Source: Octopus bimaculoides
Taxonomy: Eukaryota
Length of the DNA: 64,000 bases
Reading direction: 5' to 3'
Assembly: GCF_001194135.2 (NCBI RefSeq)
Contig: NC_068983.1
Coordinates: forward strand, 135,028,049-135,092,048
This document shows, one piece after another, positions 1 to 44,542 of the stretch. Below the pieces are notes generated by a model. That model ran no database searches. It saw only the letters and a program-made list of their open reading frames with translations, and was not told the origin of the DNA. A program made the translations under genes and the position numbers. The first letter of the stretch is position 1. Each line of letters begins with the position of its first letter.

Positions 1-331
1 GAAAAGATTTTCCCACTAATTTCTTTATAATCGTAATCTATGCCGGTTGAAAGGTATTTATAAAATATTTCATGAGAAAAAAAAGCCTTTTCCTAAAAGT
101 TATGAGGGAAAAACTTGTATCTTGTGAATTTTCCGTGCATTTTATCATATTCGTTTCCTACACATTTTTTTTTTTTACATTTGTTGCACTATTTTTTTAA
201 AATTTTGTTTTTGAGTAATATTGTAAATATTAACTAAATGTTGAATAACAAAAATTAAATATCACAAGGGGGCATCAGGATTTTAGAAATGATTCGGTGG
301 GGCACGACCAAAAATCGGTTGGGAACCACTG
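1..331. mobile_element. Right end of a hAT/Charlie-type non-autonomous element
   Basis: Terminal GGTTGGGAACCACTG (reverse complement CAGTGGTTCCCAACC) at 317-331, followed by GTCTAG, a Charlie-like target context. Confidence 0.55.
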
Positions 332-1005
332 GTCTAGTCTGTTTTTGGTATAAGCACTACTGCTACTGGCAGTGGTAATGGTAGTGAGTTGTAGTGGTGA
401 TGGTAGTGGTGGTGGCAGATGGTAGTGGCAATGGCAGTGGTTACTTAAGAGGCAAGCAAGATCACTTGACCTGCTAGAAATATCTGCTAAATCAATCTGA
501 AGTTTTTGAAAATGAAGGTCACACTGAGTAATGCAGCCTAGATGTATGTTACTAGAAAAAGAAGAAAAAAGAAATACAGAAAAAGCACAGTTAGAATGCT
601 GGTGGAATAATGTAGGGATGGTTTGTTGAAAGATACTCAAATGTTACAAGTTGAATAACAACAGAAATGTTCTCTCATTGGCTCATCCACTTATAAAGTC
701 AAACTGACTGAAAATAGATATCTCTTCCATCACCAGCAGTAATGTAAAATATTTGTTCCAGCATTTCATGCTAGCAAATGTTTAATTTTGAAATACACAT
801 AACTTTGACAAGCATGGAAAAAAAAAAAAAAAAGAATGCTAATTTATCTAATCTTATCAACAAGCAAATGCAACTTTTGTTCTTCGCATCTGCTGTTAAT
901 CTTTTAAAATGTCCAATCACTTACTACTTATACTCTCTCTCTCTCTCTCTCACTCACTCTTTCTCCCTTCCTCTCTCCGAGTTATGCACACTAATCTAAT
1001 CAAAT

Positions 1006-1200
1006 TATCATCATCATCATCATCATCATCATTTGACATCCGTTTTTCATGTTAGCATGGGTTGGTTGGTTTAACAGGATACGATAAGTCACAGGGCTGA
1101 ATCATACACCATGTCTACTTTGCCCAAGTTTCTACAGCTGGATGTCCTTCTGAATGCCAACCACTTTGCAGTGTGTACTAGGTGGCTTTTTTGTACCATC
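1006..1200 (-). mobile_element. RTE-LINE 3' tail / RTE-derived short repeat
   Basis: (CAT)n followed by the conserved tail also seen at 39240-39430, 40050-40210, 5640-5810 and 34843-35010. Confidence 0.7.
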
Positions 1201-1559
1201 AGAACTATTGCAAGAGAGGAAAGAAGAAGAAAAGGGAAAAACTCTCATGACTAAGTGGCATGGGGTTGTAGCGGCACAAGCAGTCAGCGCCATATTGGTT
1301 GAGATCTCATGGCAGCCATTGCCATCTCTGAGACTGGAGCAAGACCTCACCTGCATCCATTTGGCATGCGTGAGCTCACAACGAGGCTTGCGATGGCAAA
1401 ACTATAAAAGGAAAGAAACCTTGAGGTTCGATCTCACTTTTCCCGCTGCGACCGCTAGCAGAGCACACTTCACTGGCCTAGCCTCTAGGCTAGTCCGCTT
1501 GTCGCATCTCCTGAGGCCATGGCCCGCCTAACGGAGAACGATGAATTTATACCGCATGA

Positions 1560-2047
1560 GATGGCTGCAAAAGAGCAACATATCACACCTTTGTTTAGAC
1601 TGGCCACTGTAAGGTGGTTAACTAATTTTAACATATTATGATCTGCACTGCTAAATATACAACTGATTTTTAAAAAATAGGCGTTTGCAGCTATAGCTTT
1701 TTGGCTTAAGTAATAAAGTACATATAAATACTTTCAGCGCCAGCTTACAAACAAGTTAATTGTGTTAACATTTATAATTTGGTATTGTTAAAATTATTTG
1801 TGTTCAGTATTACTATATTTTTAAGGAAATGTAATACTATCAAATACAGCTAACTTCAGATAGTTTAAGTTAGAATAGATGGATCATAACAAAAGACATG
1901 TAACAGTGTAATTTAATTATTATGATGTCGCTTCCTGAAATATAGTTATAAATAAAAATTTATGTTTAATTTTTGCCAAGAGGCATGCCATTGTGAATTG
2001 GTCCACGTGCCACACATGGCACACGTGCTGTAGGTTGCCCACACCTG
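1560..2047. mobile_element. hAT-type element end
   Basis: Terminal GGTTGCCCACACCTG (reverse complement CAGGTGTGGGCAACC); left boundary uncertain. Confidence 0.4.
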
Positions 2048-2175
2048 AGGTAAACCATAAAATTACAAGCATACTTTTTTATTCCTGAGTAAAACATTCA
2101 GTAAAACCTGAAGCATAAGCAAGCTTAAAGTAAGCTAAACACATTTACATAAACTTGTAGTAAAGGCACATTAAC

Positions 2176-2700
2176 CTAACATGGAGATTCTGGAGAAGAA
2201 AGTACATCAATGTCATCTTCATTGTCATAGTGACTATCACCTTCAGATTTGGTGTTGAACATCTGATGAAGATGATAAGAGCAGAAACATGATTCCCAAA
2301 TGAGCAGCACAACAAGGGATAGCTTTTTTGAGTTTTTTCCTCTATCACCTGCCTCATTAACATAGATTTCTGTCATAGCAGTCTCTTTTTAATTGGGTAA
2401 ACTACCATAATCTCATGCTCACTGACAGATGCATGTTATTCCATGCCAGTAATTAACTGATCGCTCACTTTCACTTGTGTTCACAATGTCATTGTTTTCA
2501 TCACTACTATCTCCATGTTGATCTTTATTTAAAATCATTTCAGCCATTTTTCCATCAGTCAAGGAATGCACAACAGGTGCAGTAGTATCAATATTCAGCA
2601 CTTCTTTGATGTCAGCTGCTTCCTTGGATGGATTCCCTTCCAACCGCTTTACAGTTGGAATAGCATATGCTGGGACATTAGCTGGAAGAATTTTATCCGA
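2176..2700 (-). mobile_element. Tigger/Jerky(pogo)-like transposase C-terminal relic
   Basis: The fragment EVLNIDTTAPVVHSLTDGKMAEMILN with acidic tails resembles Jerky/Tigger C-termini; the frame is disrupted. Confidence 0.45.
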
Positions 2701-3408
2701 ACAAATCGATACAAGTACTTACAAGGCTTTGGTAGGCCTAGAGCTATAATAGAAAACACTTGCCCCCGATTTTATACCTCTTTTGAAAGAGTATCTTTCA
2801 ACAAAATTTTGAGAGATACATTTAGGAGGGTGTAGATATCGATCTTGTTGATAAAATTTAGGAAAAGAAAATCTTTTAGATGAAGTTTCAGATATTTTCC
2901 CTTCCTACGTTAATAACAGTATTACCCTAAGGACATTAAACTGTAGTTATACCTTATGAATGTTTGGGGCACCAAACTATACATATGCCTATGCATGTGC
3001 GGATATTCATTCTATGCAAAAGCCACTGATACAATAACGTAAAACTAGATTTTAATTAGATTTGTAACCAACACATGCATTATATAGAAACGAATATCTC
3101 AACTTCCATGATTTGCCGTTGTAGCAATTGCATGCTTTAAGACATTCATATCGGAATTCTTTACCGCTCCGAACATTTTCTCAAAGAAACTACAGAGGCG
3201 TGGCCACTTAAAACGTTGAAAAAAAATAGACAAATGTAAAGCGTATTGAGAAAGAATTTCTTGTGTAATAATAAATGCTCAGCTATAGAATTTGTAATAA
3301 TAAAATATTTGATATGTTGATTTATCGATAATCACAGTGCTTTATGCAGAATAATAATTTTTAAAATACCGTAAACACGGAAATTTGACGCTAAAGGAGG
3401 TTCAATTA

Positions 3409-3431
3409 GTCACATGAGGTAAACATGGCGG
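3409..3431 (+). promoter_or_regulatory. Candidate GDAP2 promoter motifs: GTCACATGAG (USF/MITF-TFE-type E-box) and AACATGGCGG (YY1 consensus)
   Basis: Two adjacent consensus motifs in a repeat-poor stretch about 460 bp upstream of the ATG. Confidence 0.45.
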
Positions 3432-3884
3432 TGTGGACTTAAAATATTTAATTTGGGTTGCTTCATTTACAACCTTTAGTAGCACGTCTTTCACACCCTA
3501 CTATTTACTTATTCCCCAAAATCATTTGGATAAGACAAAAGATTTATTAGCCATTCTATTCTGCAACAAAAATGGTCGCATATGGATGTATATTGTAGTT
3601 TAATTTCTAAATATACTAAGTAAAATAACTTGATGCCGATAAATCTCAACTATCTTGTTTATTCTCTGTAGTTACATTAATACCTTTATTATTTACTTAC
3701 TTTTTTAAATTTCTAATTTAGTATCTTCAATTATTCTTATGAAACTATCCATTCATGACTTCGTTTTTTATTGTTTAAATTAGAAGTGGTTCAAGTTTCA
3801 TGCATTGACGGCATCGAAAGTTACCCATTTTGTCAAAAAAAAACCTGTCAAAAGGAAAACTTGTTCAAATTAGTTTTGTCAATT

Positions 3885-36019
<32,135 letters not shown>

Positions 36020-39000
36020 AACAGTGTATTCTGTAAGAACAGAAGCAGGCTTAATTGCTGAAGTACTGGAAGTATTAGGAAAAATATTGAAGTTTTGTTA
36101 CGCTATACTGTTATACTCTTCAAATAGCCAAATATTGAACAAACAAATGATAATGCTGCTACCAACAATGAGAAGTGATGGCCCCTATCATGGGATGTGC
36201 TTTTGTTGTTGATTTTTAACAACTATGTCCTTGTATTTTAATTTCCAATGATGTAATATTGATTTGAGAGCTTAAATCCTGATTGTAAGATGTTATTGCA
36301 TATCTTCAAGTTTATAAGTATTGTGATAAATCAAATTCTATATAACAACAACAGCTAGCACTAATAATAGTAATATAGTTAAAATAATCTATATTTACTA
36401 AGCTATATATGGGATTCAAAGTACATTAAGGTTTAGTGTAAAAATGAAGGATGGTTCTAGGTTGAATTTTGTTAAGGTTTCAGAAGGGGCTTATAAAATG
36501 AATATAATCAAAAAAATATTGTTGTTGATGTTGGTTTTAGGAAAAATAATTTTCCAAATACACATGAAGCATTTTAACCAGTTGTAAAATCTCTTTATGT
36601 AAAGGAACTGTCAGGGATTTAAGTAAGTCTTTTCCTTGAAAGCTACAAAATAAACAAAAAGAAAGGAAATATTTATTAACTGGAGTATTTCTTTACTAAA
36701 TAGTTAATATATTGATTTTTCCAATCCACTGATTATCAGTTGCTCTAATCACTGGTGCTTCTCTTTCTTCTTCTACAGATTATCAGTATTAAAACTTCAC
36801 AATGGCTTTATCATGATTTGAAGTTTTGTGATTTAATACATTGATTTAATACATCTCTCTCAAGCAAGAGGAGAAGGAGGGAGGTCTATAAGTAGTATCT
36901 ATGGTTTGCTTTCTAAGCCATCAGATATTTGCTAACTTGTATTTTGTGAAAACAGTCATGATAATATATAGTCAATACTACCAGCTCAAGCTTTATTTTT
37001 CTACATTTTATATCAATTACATTCTTGATATTTAAATCTTCAAATGTAGAAAGTCTTATAGTTCATATCTCAGTGATAACTTTTCAGCGTTTTAGTTGAC
37101 TTAAGAAGTTTATACCACTTGTCTATATTGGATGGACCCCTGACAACACCCCTTCTATCAGCCTCAAATTGTGTATCCCAAAAGTATCACATTCTCTCTC
37201 AACATGTTTCATCTTCTTAAAGGGGTCCTTCTCACACTTTGTACAGTTATCAACCTGCTACTCTTGCTTCAAAGGTAATTGGAACAGCTGCAAACAATCA
37301 TCTCCTTCATCACCTTGAATTTCTCTCCCTTCTCAAGGATAATTAGTGTAGTTTCCTAAGAGCCAAATCTACTGGTAACTTATTGTCATATATCAATCAC
37401 CTATACTGTCTCAATTTAGAGAATTTTGATAAAGCAATGCTATTTAATTTGACATTACTAAAGCCTTTAACTATGACAGGTATGAGTATATTTTTGCTAA
37501 GTTGCCCACCTATATTTCTTAGTTTTCTAGATTGCAAGTTCTCTGCCAGACCATACTATACCCTGTGCTAATGCAACTCTCTCTAGCTTACCCTGTATCA
37601 TCCCTGGTGTATCTTGTGGTTTGGTAATGTCGCTCTCACACTCTTCCTTCTGTACATAGCAGCCTACTGGATGTTTCTTGCAACAACACACACACTCATA
37701 GATGTCACCTTTCACTCCTCCTTAGCTCTCTACACACAAATGTCATGAAAGGCCTTTTATGTTATATATCAGTAATATCTTTTAGTGCTATTATTGATGT
37801 TTATTTTGTGTCCAACTCCGATAAATAAGATAATTCAACTAGTGTTAAGTCTGAATCAATTCTTTTGAAATAGGAAGAGATATATCTACCTGTAAAATGT
37901 TTTGGACTACATAGTTTTACAGCCAAAAAGCATTTTGTAATGGTGATCATTGCTAATATGAACTGAGAGGAATGGTGCCTAATTTTCAAAAAATCAGGAG
38001 TCTACTATGACTTTTCTTAACAGCTCATCAGATTAACATGGGTGAAATCTTAGCATTTTTTAAAATTCTGTGAAGAAGCTTAATATTTTAACCACTTACC
38101 TATAGCTAACAGGTTAGATTAAACAAATATTGGTAGAAGTTCACAATACAAATGCTTAATTATTTGCTTGTTGCTCTACTAATTCTAAACAATTATGTTG
38201 TTTAGCTCCAAGTCAACCCTGATGAAGTAGATCTACAATCGAATGAGTTCCAGCTGTGTCTATTCACTCTTTTCTATACAGAGTTTCTAGCTCTGCATTA
38301 GTCAATGTGTTCTTCCAGTTTTAAAAATAGTAGGGTGTAATATGAGAGATTTAACTGTAGAAGTTAACTCATAAACTATTCATTTGATAATGAGGGATCT
38401 GAAAACAAGTGGCTAACTTTCATATTAAACAAGTGAAATAAGCAGTCCTTCTATAAAGGAGTCTTCAGCTAGAAAATATGCTAACCCTCTTCTCTATAAT
38501 GTTGCACACATCTATTTGTAATACATACTTTTTAAAAAAAAATTTTTTATTTATATTCTTTCATAACTCCTCTTTTGGAATTCCACTGTTGACAAGTTAT
38601 TTGTTTTCCAAAAGCTGGATTTCATCTAATGTTATCACTATCAGCTCCCTACTGTTTTATACATCTGAAGGAAATCAGAACAAATATTTCTGATGCCATT
38701 TGCTTTTTGTCTCACCAAGCTCATAGTTGATAACAAGATAGTGATGAATCTAAACTTCTCAGTAAACATATTGGGGTTTCTGTAAAAAAAAAAAAAAGTC
38801 TTATATCACTTTCCACATGTAGTGATTCAGTATTATTAGCAGTGAAATGCCTTTATTTACATTTATTTTTACTTGAGGAATTTGACAATTTTATTAAGGG
38901 TTGTGTATGGATATGTATGCATGTAGTATGTGTGTGTGTAATGCTGTTACTGCTATCGATTATGTAGCATGAACAAAAAGGTATGAAAAGATATCTAACA

Positions 39001-39200
39001 TATCCTACATGGCAGTGTTATTCTCTAACAAAAAATGTTATGGAAATTATACAATTCCAAATGTAAATAAAATATTTTTGAAATGGGTTGTTGTCTCAAT
39101 AATATTTCTTTTCATTTAAGCGTTAATTTGTGCCAGCACAGAGATGTAATGGTGTTAAAGTCAACAATTGTTGGTCTGTTTGTAACTTGTTAGTCCACTG

Positions 39201-39239
<39 letters not shown>

Positions 39240-40210
39240 TCATGCGGGTGACACGTAAAAGCACCCACTACACTCTCTGAGTCGTTGGCGTTAGGAAGGG
39301 CATCCAGCTGTAGAAACTCTGCCAAATCAGACTGGAGCCTGGTGTTGCCATCCGGTTTCACCAGTCCTCAGTCAAATCGTCCAACCCATGCTAGCATGGA
39401 AAGCGGACGTTAAACGATGATGATGATGATGATATATATATATATATATATATATATGGTATGGTCATGTGGCGAGAATGGATGAGGATAGCTGTGTGAA
39501 AAAGTGCCACACCCTAGCGGTTGAGGGAACCTGTGGAAGAGGTAGACCCAGGAAGACCTGGGATGAGGTGGTGAAGCACGACTTTCAAACATTAGGCCTC
39601 ACCGAGGCATTGACTTGTGACCGAGACTTTTGGAAATATGCTGTGCATGAGAAGACCCAGCAAACCAAGTGAGACCATCATCCAAGGCCTCTGCCAGGAG
39701 TGTAGCCAGCCCCCTTATGTATACCTTTCCTTCATTGGACACTAAACTCCACGTGTGAAGACCTGTTGAGACAAGTGAAATCGAAATCAAACTAAATTCG
39801 ACGACTGGCACCCTTGCCAACCTCTCCTTCATTGGACACTAAACTCGGCTTGCGAAGACCTGTTGGGGCAAGTGAAATCGAAATCGTGATGGCACCTGTA
39901 CCAGTAGAGTGCTAAGAGCACTGTCCGAGCGTGATCATTGCCAGAGCAGCTGGTTGGCTTCCATGCCAGTGGCACGTAAATAGCACCATTTGAATGTGAT
40001 CGTTACCAGCGTCGCCTTACTGGCACTTGTGCCGGTGGCACATAAAAGCACCCACTACACTCTTGGAGTGGTTGGCGTTAGGAAGGGCATCCAGCTGTAG
40101 AAACTCTGCCAAATCAGATTGGAAACTGATGTAGCCATCTGGTTTGCCAGTCCTCAGTCAAATCGTCCAAACCATGCTAGCATGGAAGGCGGACGTTAAA
40201 CGATGATGAA
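39240..40210 (+). mobile_element. Two head-to-tail RTE 3' fragments; the second has the ORF2 C-terminus (39456-39672) and a full 3' UTR with a ~98-bp internal duplication
   Basis: YGHVARMDEDSCVKKC...GRGRPRKTWDEVVK...DRDFWK; both copies end in GACGTTAAAC(GAT)n. Confidence 0.85.
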
Positions 40211-40814
40211 TATTATATATATATATATATACACACACACATGTTAGCACACAGTAAATGAACTTTAAGGATATGTCACAGAGTTACTCCGTAGGACGTC
40301 TGTGAAAAATTTAAGTACTCTACACTTTTTCATGAAATGTGCTAGAAGTACTTTTCCTAACAACTGGGTAGGGAAGGGATTAAAATCAAAACAAGCACAT
40401 GCAATGTTTCACATACCTATTTCTTGATTTTAGCAGACAAGAAACATTTGTGCTTGATGTATATTAAGCTATAAAAGAAAAACAGCTAATAAAAGGAAAG
40501 TCATGGAAATTCAGAGCAGTGAATTGGTTTTTATGCTGGCTTGCTTTATTTCATTCTATTTATATCTCTGATGCCTTTGGGAAAGAGAAGACTCACAACT
40601 CTGTTTCCATTAGTTTTTGTGTCTTTAGTAGAAATCTCCATCCTGAACTTACAACTGTCTGTACTTCAAAGTAATTTGCAAGGAAGTATTAAAATTTATA
40701 GGTTTTCAGTTGAACTTATAACAGTAACATTTGTGCTTGAGCAAATAAAGATTGGAGCCAGCTGCTCTGAACAACACTGAGAAATAGTGTATTTAATATC
40801 AATGTAAACTTGTA

Positions 40815-41015
40815 TGTATGCTTTTACTTGTTTCAGTCATTTAACTGTGCTGAAGCACTGCCTTGAAGGATTTTTAGCCGAACAAATCATCCCCAGGACT
40901 TATTCTTTGTAAGCTAGTACTTATTCTGTTGTTTCCTTTTGCCGAACCACTAAGTTATGGGGACATAAACACACCAACATTAAGTAGTGGTGGGGGGACA
41001 AAAATGCACACACAA
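40815..41015 (-). mobile_element. Family-1 SINE, 3' half
   Basis: Matches 11373-11580. Confidence 0.75.
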
Positions 41016-41017
41016 AT

Positions 41018-41370
41018 ATACACGGTGTGATGGGTAAATTATCGCCATTTTAATAATTTCATGCATGCACATTGTTTTTGATTTTGTTGACAACACAGTA
41101 GGGTCAGTGGGGCACTGTCTGTGAGAAAAACAACACCATAACACAATTCACTCTGCCAGAAATTTGGAAACAGCATGCTGTATTGCTTGGCATTCATGCT
41201 GGAAGCTCCAATACAAATATTTCAGAGTGTTTGGGTGTCAATATGAGGACAGTGCAGAGGATTCGAAAAGAGTTGGATGAGTCTAATGGTGATTATGTAG
41301 GTACGGCAGCTTGAAAATCTCATTCTGATAAGAAAAGAACTGAATTTGTTGATGAGATCCAGGCAATGAA
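41018..41370 (+). mobile_element. Tc1/mariner-superfamily 5' fragment (TIR plus N-terminal HTH)
   Basis: TA-CACGGTGTG terminus; translation HAVLLGIHAGSSNTNISECLGVNMRTVQRIRKEL. Confidence 0.55.
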
Positions 41371-41379
41371 TTCCAAGCA

Positions 41380-43152
41380 AGAAAAATGGTGAATCAATTA
41401 TTTAGTAATCAATTGTGTAAAAATAATAATGGTTGACTGGTATCTTATGAAATTTCTAAAATTATAGCAAAAGTTGGGAAATCCCATAATATTGGTGAAA
41501 CTAATTTTGCCTGTGGTATCTCATAGTTTCATCATTTCTGAAACAATGTGAATGAAATTACTTGTAAGATTCCTTTAAGTAACTCATCAGTGTCACGGTG
41601 CATTGATGAAATGGTTAAGATGTAGAAAAGCAATGAGTAGCCAAATTACAAGTACAGAAATTTCCTCGTCAACCTGATGAATCTACTCTGAGAGATAGTA
41701 AAGCTATTTTATTGGCATATGATCGTTATTCGGAGGGTAATGAATTCAAAGAGGAAATGCTTTTTTGTCAGACATCTTAAGATAGACACTAAAGGCAAAT
41801 CAATTTTCAAAAATGTAACTTATTTCGAGGAACATAATATTCTCCTCAGAAATATAATAGCTTTTGCTAATGACTGTTCTCCATCCATGATTAGCAGATA
41901 CAGAGGTTTTGTTACCTATTTAATAGATGCTGTATTTTGTATAGACTGTATGATAACACCAGCAACACTTACTTGCAAAACAATTAAGTGCACATCTGCA
42001 CAATGCCTATAATATTGTAATATTATTTACAAGACCACATCTTTCATGAATTCTGTAATAATAATGAAGAGTTTGTATGCTTTGTAATTCACACAGAGAT
42101 AAGATGGTTATCAAAAGGTAATTGTCTGTCTCATTTTTTCTTGCACTTTGGTACACTGTTGTCTCATTCCTAGCTAACAACAATCTCAGCCAACAAATGG
42201 TTGCAGCTAAATGTGATGTATTTATCAGATATATTTGATAAAATTAATTTGATTAACAAACAGCTTCAAGGAGAAAACCCTGATCTTTTATCCTCCAAAG
42301 GAGCTATTACTACTTTTCTAGGGTAAGTACAGCTCTAGAAAATAAATGTATGTTGTGTATTATTACAATTTCCTAGTAATTTGGAATCAAGTAACAGTAA
42401 TCTGCATGATAGTGACCTTATATACTGAACATTTGAAAAACTTGCATAATGATATACAATCTCAGTTTAATGACCTGCTGCAGTTAAATATACTGCATTG
42501 GGTGACATTTCTTATTAATGTTGCTGCTGTAGTTATCTGTTTGCAGGAGAATCTCACTGAATTGCAGAGTGATAAAATATTTCAGGCAAGATTTAAATAT
42601 GGAGAACGTAATGTATAAAAAAGAAATGACACTGCTACTAAGTATCCACTATTCTGGTGGGGAAGCACAGTTATACTTTACTGCATTTCCTTTATCTTAC
42701 TTTGTTGAATCTAGTTTCAGCTATGTCACTAACTTACTGTTAAAAGCTCGTAATCGAATTGACATAGAAAAAGGTGATCTTCAATTATCATTGACAACAT
42801 TGGAGTAGAATATTTTAAAACTAGCAGAGCAGAGCCAACTGCTAGACTTGCATTAAAGAAATTAACACTAAAGTACTATCTTATTTTAATAAATATATAC
42901 TTGTATGTTTATGACTCATTTTACTTGTAAGCATTCATTTTCTATGGAATTTAGTTGTTAAGAAATTGGTTATAGGTCTACAGTACACAAAATATTAAAA
43001 AAAATTTTTTATACAAGTCCTAATAATATTTAATTAAAAAAATACAATATGATTTTTTTAAAAAATCAAATGGGTATGGTGGTGGTGGTGGGTCCACAAG
43101 AGTGAAATAGTAATCAAAGGGGTTCACAAATAAAAATAGTTGAGAACCCCTG
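41380..43152 (+). mobile_element. Decayed hAT (Charlie/ZBED/SCAND3-like) transposon with right TIR
   Basis: Relics IPLSNSSVSRCIDEM, DEST and FCRHLKIDTKGKSIF; terminal TTGAGAACCCCTG. Confidence 0.8.
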
Positions 43153-44406
43153 GTTTACATACTTTTGCTGAAGTTGAGAGTTTGAAACGTAGGTGACAAG
43201 TGCTATTTTCAAGAAATTTTTCTTCAAATTTCCCCTTGGGGTCCCCATGGTTTAAATCTGATCCTACCTCCATACAGCAATATTGTATGGCAATATTTTA
43301 TGCCATGTCATCAAAATTTTGCTTATCTTTCCAATTTGTTCTTGAAATAATAAAGCAGCCTCTTTAAACAACACTGCTTTTACTCCCCTGGTTTGGGAGG
43401 GAGCAATGAATGTGTGTAACCCTAAACTCCTTACTGGTTGGAAGTGATTTGTTACCTTAATACAAATGCAACTAAAATAACTGATGTAATATTCAACAAC
43501 TGACATAAAATTGCTGTAAAAACTCTAACCATTTCCTCTGTTGCCTTTAATGACATGAGATATTAAATGATTGTGCTCTTCTCTGCTATTTCCTTGTAAT
43601 AAGAAGCAACAGCAAAAGGAAATTCACCTAATATCTCTCTACACTCTGATGAGAATAAACACACATGCTACATGTATCAGTATTTATGTCTCATAGTAGT
43701 TTAGCTGATAATACAATTTATAAAGAAGATGTTTACTCTGACTACCTCTCAACCTTGCATAGAATAAATGGGGTGAATTTCATTTCAGAGTCAGGTACAA
43801 GTATTTACTATATCTTGCTGTTATGAGGACACAAGACTAGACGAACAGCAATGGTCTACTGTCTTTCAACAGTAAATTCAACATCATTACCATTATCATA
43901 TTCCAAAAAAGTATAGACACCAAACAACTTGAATGTACTTGCAAATCAAACAGTAACACATTTTAAAATATGTTGTAGTTCAAAGAAGAGCTATGAGGCA
44001 CACCTTTGAACTAGTGAGCCACATATTGGTTCAGCCAACTGACCTGAAGTTCCAGCTTGTGACACATGCAATGAAAATCACTCAGTTCATTACTGAATGC
44101 TCCAGCTTAATATTAGGAAGCTTCAATGCATTAAGTGATGTTTTGGAATATAAATACTATTGTAATGTTTGAATCATGCCAGTGGACTAGGATAGTTACA
44201 CACAAAATTGCAATAAAGATTATCAAACAATTCCAGGTTCTTTGAAGTTGTTAGGTTTTACTGAAGCTTTGAATGATATATATAGTGTTAAGAAAGGATA
44301 TTTTCAGGAATTTTCCCATTAATAAGCAACATCTTATCAGGACAGATTATAGAAACTTATTTGTAAATTGGCATTGGGAAAAGCATTCAGCCATAGAAAC
44401 CATGCT

Positions 44407-44542
44407 ACAATTGGAGTCTGGCCAGCTCCTGTCAAACTGGACAATTGGAGTCTGGCCAGCTCCTGTCAAACTGGACAATTGGAGTCTGGCCAGCTCCTGT
44501 CAAACTGGACAATTGGAGTCTGGCCAGCTCCTGTCAAACTGT
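44407..44542 (+). repeat. 34-bp minisatellite, 4 near-identical copies, inside an RTE-type tail
   Basis: Unit ACAATTGGAGTCTGGCCAGCTCCTGTCAAACTGG. Confidence 0.95.

Noticed and set aside
3771-3884. In-frame extension upstream of the GDAP2 ATG in the ORF track
   Set aside because: It starts at TTG, contains no ATG, and homology begins at MEPLG
44407-44542. 34-bp repeats of CRISPR-like length
   Set aside because: The units are contiguous with no spacers, there are no cas genes, and the context is eukaryotic
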